Shown here piece by piece: positions 59,119 through 64,000 of a stretch of 64,000 nt of DNA. Below the pieces are notes generated by a model that had not been told where the DNA came from, ran no database searches, and was given only the letters and a program-made list of their open reading frames with translations. The stretch lies in NCBI GenBank assembly GCA_964016885.1, contig OZ024742.1, positions 54,188,001 through 54,252,000 of the forward strand, given 5' to 3'. This stretch comes from Eledone cirrhosa. Taxonomy: Eukaryota. Each line of letters starts with the position of its first letter. Within the stretch, counting starts at the first letter, position 1. The position numbers were made by a program, and so were the translations under genes.

Positions 59119-59775
59119 TATCATCATCATCATCTGGTGGCCTTAGCCGAAATGGACACAACAATTTATCTCCACGTGGGTCTGTCGTTCATTGTCGTTG
59201 CCAAGTCCTGGATTTCAATACCAGCATCGCTGGAGATTACATCGGGGTAAGAGAGCTTGCACTCCCTGTTATTAGTGACTGCTTGTGGTTTCCAAAGCAC
59301 TAATGGGAACACAGCCTCATAGGTGGTATGATGACAGTGGCCAGCAAATCTTACTCTCCTTTTACGTACAACAACAGGTATGCGTGGGAGGGCGGCATAT
59401 ATCTCTCTCAAAGGCAGATGTCTCATCAATCAAAACGGTTTTAGGCGTGGTAGATCTACACTTGCACAGATTTTGGCCTTGAGAAGAGTAGTGGAGGAAA
59501 TGAGAAACTCCAACAGACAAATGGCTCTAGTTTTTGTTGACTTTAGAAAATCTTTTGACAGCATAAACAGAGACATTCTGTTTGAAATACTACCCTTGTA
59601 TGGAAAGGAATACCAGCTAGACTTGTGGAAGTAATTAAGGCTCTGTATCTCAAGAGAAGTGCCACTATCATCACCCCTGATGGCCCAACAGAGTTCTTTG
59701 ACATCTCAGCAGGAATACTGCAAGGTGACATTCTTGACCCATTCCTTTTTATCATTGCACTAGACTACGCCTCGA
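59119..59775. mobile_element. RTE-like LINE with inverted 5' part
   Basis: 59119-59426 minus: RRVRFAGHC..(GAT)n tail; 59427-59775 plus: QNGFRRGRST, FVDFRKSFDS, GILQGD.L.PFLF. Confidence 0.8.
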
Positions 59776-60769
59776 GGTGACATACCTGCAGTCTAATGCC
59801 AGAATCCAGTTAAGTAAAGTATCTTGAAATACGGGACAGTTACTTTTTCTTTTACCATCGATATTTGTCCTGACGCGCTGTTTTCTTGTTCAGGAGCATA
59901 TATCACATATTACATTTTCAATAGCATTGCGACCATTTTCAAGGAGGCTTCGTAACGTTCTCTCTTAAATAAAGCGGTAGAGAGGTAATAAAGAATCTAC
60001 AGTAAAGTTGATTGCAAGAGAACTTAAGCACTAAGAAAATGACCTAAGCATTCCAAATATGTTATACAACACTAACAATACTACATCCACATCAGCACCC
60101 TTATTTAAAAAAATTACTCTATTAGTATTATGTCATAAAAACTTGATGGCATTTTCTTCTCCATTGTGCAGGGAAAAAACATAAAATTTTAAACATAATC
60201 AAATGTATGATAAATATGCATGGTTATTCATTATTCCATAGCCTAATTTAAAATAGTTATTTAAAATGAGTTTATGGACTAATTAATTTATGGACTAAAA
60301 TTGAATTAAATCGTTCATACTAACACAGGATCAAGTTTACGTAACTTTTGGACAGAAAGATAGACTATATTTAAAGCAGTATTTGATTTGAATTTATTTC
60401 GCCGACTCTTGTGATTAGGAGCGACAAAATTCCACCTGGTGCTACTTAAAGTGAATATATAATGAAACATAACATAATACCGCGAAGTATTTGGTTTAAC
60501 GCATAAAATTAAAATGATTTCTAAAGTAGGAACCGACTTTACTCGTCTGCTTATTTTATTGGCCGGGAGAGAAACGTTATGGTAATCACCGTGAGAGTTG
60601 AAACTAGATTTTAGTAGAACATAAATATAATCCCAAATCGATAGCAAATTAAAGAAAAAATATTGTAACAAAATAGGAACTTTTTTACCGACAACAAATT
60701 AGAATAGAATTTACAATTCCAGGGAGAGAAATAGTTTGCAGTATTTGTTTTTAAATCCATACGGGGTCA

Positions 60770-62180
60770 GTTGACGTTTACGTTATTTAGAGTTATACCA
60801 ATTAAATACCAAACGTTTCAAAATCTGAAGTGTTGTCATTATGAGGTTCTCTGACATTCTGCTAAGTTATGATATTTTGAAAGATTTTTACATGTAGATT
60901 TAGTCATGCCCACTATTAAACTGGCATTAAATATCATCCACACTATAGCGTTGAAAATATAATGAATGAAGACCCGATTTTAACTTGTGCAATTGGTTTT
61001 CCTTATACAGAAATAAGACCAGCAATGTTCTAAATGTGGATGCTAAAACATCTAGAACAAACCCACAGCAATCCAAGAGATAAAACCGTCAAATATTTTA
61101 ACACATAAGAAAAACATTCAGAAAGTCAATGTCAGCCTCAAACTCCTATATTCGATTTCAACCATTATTACATGGTCTCACAGGCATTGTATATTAGTAA
61201 GATGTCATGGTTGGGCACAAAGAATACACGTATATAGGCGCAACCTCAACAACCCTTAAGGAGCGATTGTACAACCACAAAAGCTCCTTTCCCCACAGAC
61301 CTAAGTGTTCCCAAACCAGACTGGCCGATTTAATCTGGGACCCCAAGGATAGAAACCTAAAATACCAGATCAAATAGTCCGTAAGGAGACGCGTGGCTCA
61401 ACATTCTAAGGGAGGAAGCCACTAGTGGTTGTGCCTGGTGGAATCGGTAGAGATCATTAAATTAAAACCAGCTATTAATTTGAAATCGGAAATCTACATA
61501 AACTGCAGACACACAAAAGAAAAAAAACACATTCCCCGCCATGGTATTCGGACATAAACTACGGACAGACCAAAACTTAACCACCTGAACACAGACAACA
61601 ATAGGCACGTACACTGCATCCTATTAACTACCACATTTATTATCATGTCTCATCAACTCATTACCAATGTTACATTCATTACCATTGTTATTCTTGTTAA
61701 AATATTATATTCTTGACCATGTCCCTCATTATTAAACATATCACCATGTATTCACGAGTCTTACCCACATAAACACGCACCGCACACACGAGACGACACC
61801 TAAACACAACAACACCATCCTATAAATTACCACAATTGGTATCATTACTTTCATTTGTTTCACCAATATTATCATCGTTATTATTACTATTACATTTATT
61901 TCCCATTACTATTAACATTTTCACACTTCTTTTACTAATCCAAAAATAGTTTTTGCCACCACATTTTTTACCACCATATATTCTTCTATGATATTTATCT
62001 AGACACACTGCTGTGTATATATATATATATATATATATGGGTACACTCTTGCAGACGGATATAGTTGTATGAAGGCCCGGGTCTATGAGCACGTATATAT
62101 CTGAATGTGTGCATATGCAGGGATACAGACATGTGTATGTGTATACACGTGGCTGTGTGTGTGTAGCTACGAATACTCTA

Positions 62181-62275
<95 letters not shown>

Positions 62276-62984
62276 CGGTGTATAAGTTAGTCCATATAGT
62301 TAGTGTAGCAGCTATTTCATTTATTCATTCATCTATTCATTTATATTCATTTCACACACTAGGCACAACCCTTAATTCTTTATTTTTTCTAGTACAAAAA
62401 AACCCTTTAAGGATATAAATAGTTTACACCTTAATCTAGGTTTAATTTACTTTTTTTCTTCTTTTTTTCTTTTGATTCTTTTCTTTTATTCCTCTTTGAA
62501 AAATCTCTGACCAATAGAACCCCCCCCCCCCCTTAGTACAGCACCGAACTCTTTCATTTCCCATCACGTATAGCCCATAACCACCTCCACACCCACACCC
62601 AGTACCATCGCCTCGCCACATATATGCCATAGTTTATAGGAAACAGCCAAAACACGACACACGCGCAACTCACACCAACCATCGCTCCCCACCACCTCTT
62701 CATCATAGTCCTTCCTCCTACCTGTCACACAACCCAAAACATTTCTTACAGCATAAAAAAAACAATCAAAACAAATTAAAACTTACCACCATAACTGAAT
62801 GTGAATCGTGATAGACCTTTATAGGCCCTACAGGTTCAATCTGTCATTATCACAGTAGAAGTCCGACGAGCCTTTGAATCCAGAGTTGGGCTAGATCGAT
62901 ACAGATCGAACCTTGAGCTGATCAATAGCGAAATGCGCGTCACTACTCAATAAACGTAATGAAGACATAATAAATCGTCATTTT

Positions 62985-62988
<4 letters not shown>
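60770..62988 (+). mobile_element. Decayed Penelope-like 3' part (GIY-YIG ~61180-61510) with terminal pLTR hammerhead at 62860-62944
   Basis: GIVY..YIGATSTTLKERLYNHKSSF; AGT-CCGACGA-GC...GC-GAAAT-GCGC-GTC-ACT. Linkage of ORF and pLTR is inferred. Confidence 0.7.
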
Positions 62989-63023
<35 letters not shown>

Positions 63024-63322
63024 CATACGTTCACGTGTATTTGTATGTGTATGTGAGTGTGTGTGTTCACTAATTCCAAAGTTTAAAAGAATCTGTTTAT
63101 TTGTTTTAATACCTTCCTTATTACGGTATATCGATAGTTTAATGGAAGTTGTTAAATCTACTTCACTGAAGGCTAAATACGATTGTCGAATGCTGTCTTG
63201 AAAGACATCTCGGAGGCAAGCCAATTATCTGTGCACATCTGCTTTTCATTATAGAGGCTAACGTTTCTCGTATTAAAGTGTAGATGCATTCAGTCTTTAT
63301 TTATCTTTTACAACAGACCTGA

Positions 63323-63712
<390 letters not shown>

Positions 63713-63887
63713 AGGTGTTTTATTGGTTGTGTCATACGGTCCAATAAACTTGTATTAGCAGTATTAAGTTCTCCACGCTTTTGTATATCTCCAATTCCAT
63801 TTATGGGAACAGCTAGATGATGTAAAACGGAGTATTTGTATCAAAATAAAGATCCGAAGGCATGGTATAAATTTCCAATCATTTTAA

Positions 63888-63961
63888 TCACGACACATGT
63901 TTCAATAAGTGATAGATCGATCGTGCGGCCATGATCGATTATCACTGATCCCGTCAGGTGA
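63888..63961 (-). ncRNA. Hammerhead ribozyme motif in a minus-strand pLTR (63710 to window end)
   Basis: Minus strand: TCAC-CTGACGG-(long stem II AGTGAT..ATCACT)-GAAAC-ATGT-GTC-GTGA; one core substitution. Confidence 0.72.
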
Positions 63962-64000
63962 AAATGAATTGTCTTAAAATCCTTGATATGAGGGAGAAAA

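Overview
Repeat-rich eukaryotic (animal) genomic DNA with no recognisable host gene. The AT richness, long (TA)n/(TG)n tracts and the SINE family suggest a mollusc, probably a cephalopod (inference). Positions 1-20 kb hold a Dong/R4-type RLE retrotransposon (minus strand) and three head-to-tail Tx1/L1-clade LINEs sitting in one (ATT)n microsatellite, with two different ORF1 modules on a shared ORF2. Positions 20.8-25.7 kb are an internally deleted Academ-like DNA transposon with imperfect TIRs, interrupted by a 5'-truncated CRE retrotransposon with an 8-bp TSD. The rest is a mosaic of RTE fragments, non-autonomous Helitrons, a nested mariner remnant, SINEs and four Penelope-like (GIY-YIG) elements. 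The most striking signal is at 32-64 kb: about 13 hammerhead-ribozyme motifs from several families, and a size series of fold-back (palindrome + one-sided tail) inserts in (TA)n repeats, from multi-kb coding Penelope copies down to ~0.2-kb hairpins, one of which carries a tRNA T-arm instead of a ribozyme. All calls are by eye from motifs; no database search or folding was run.
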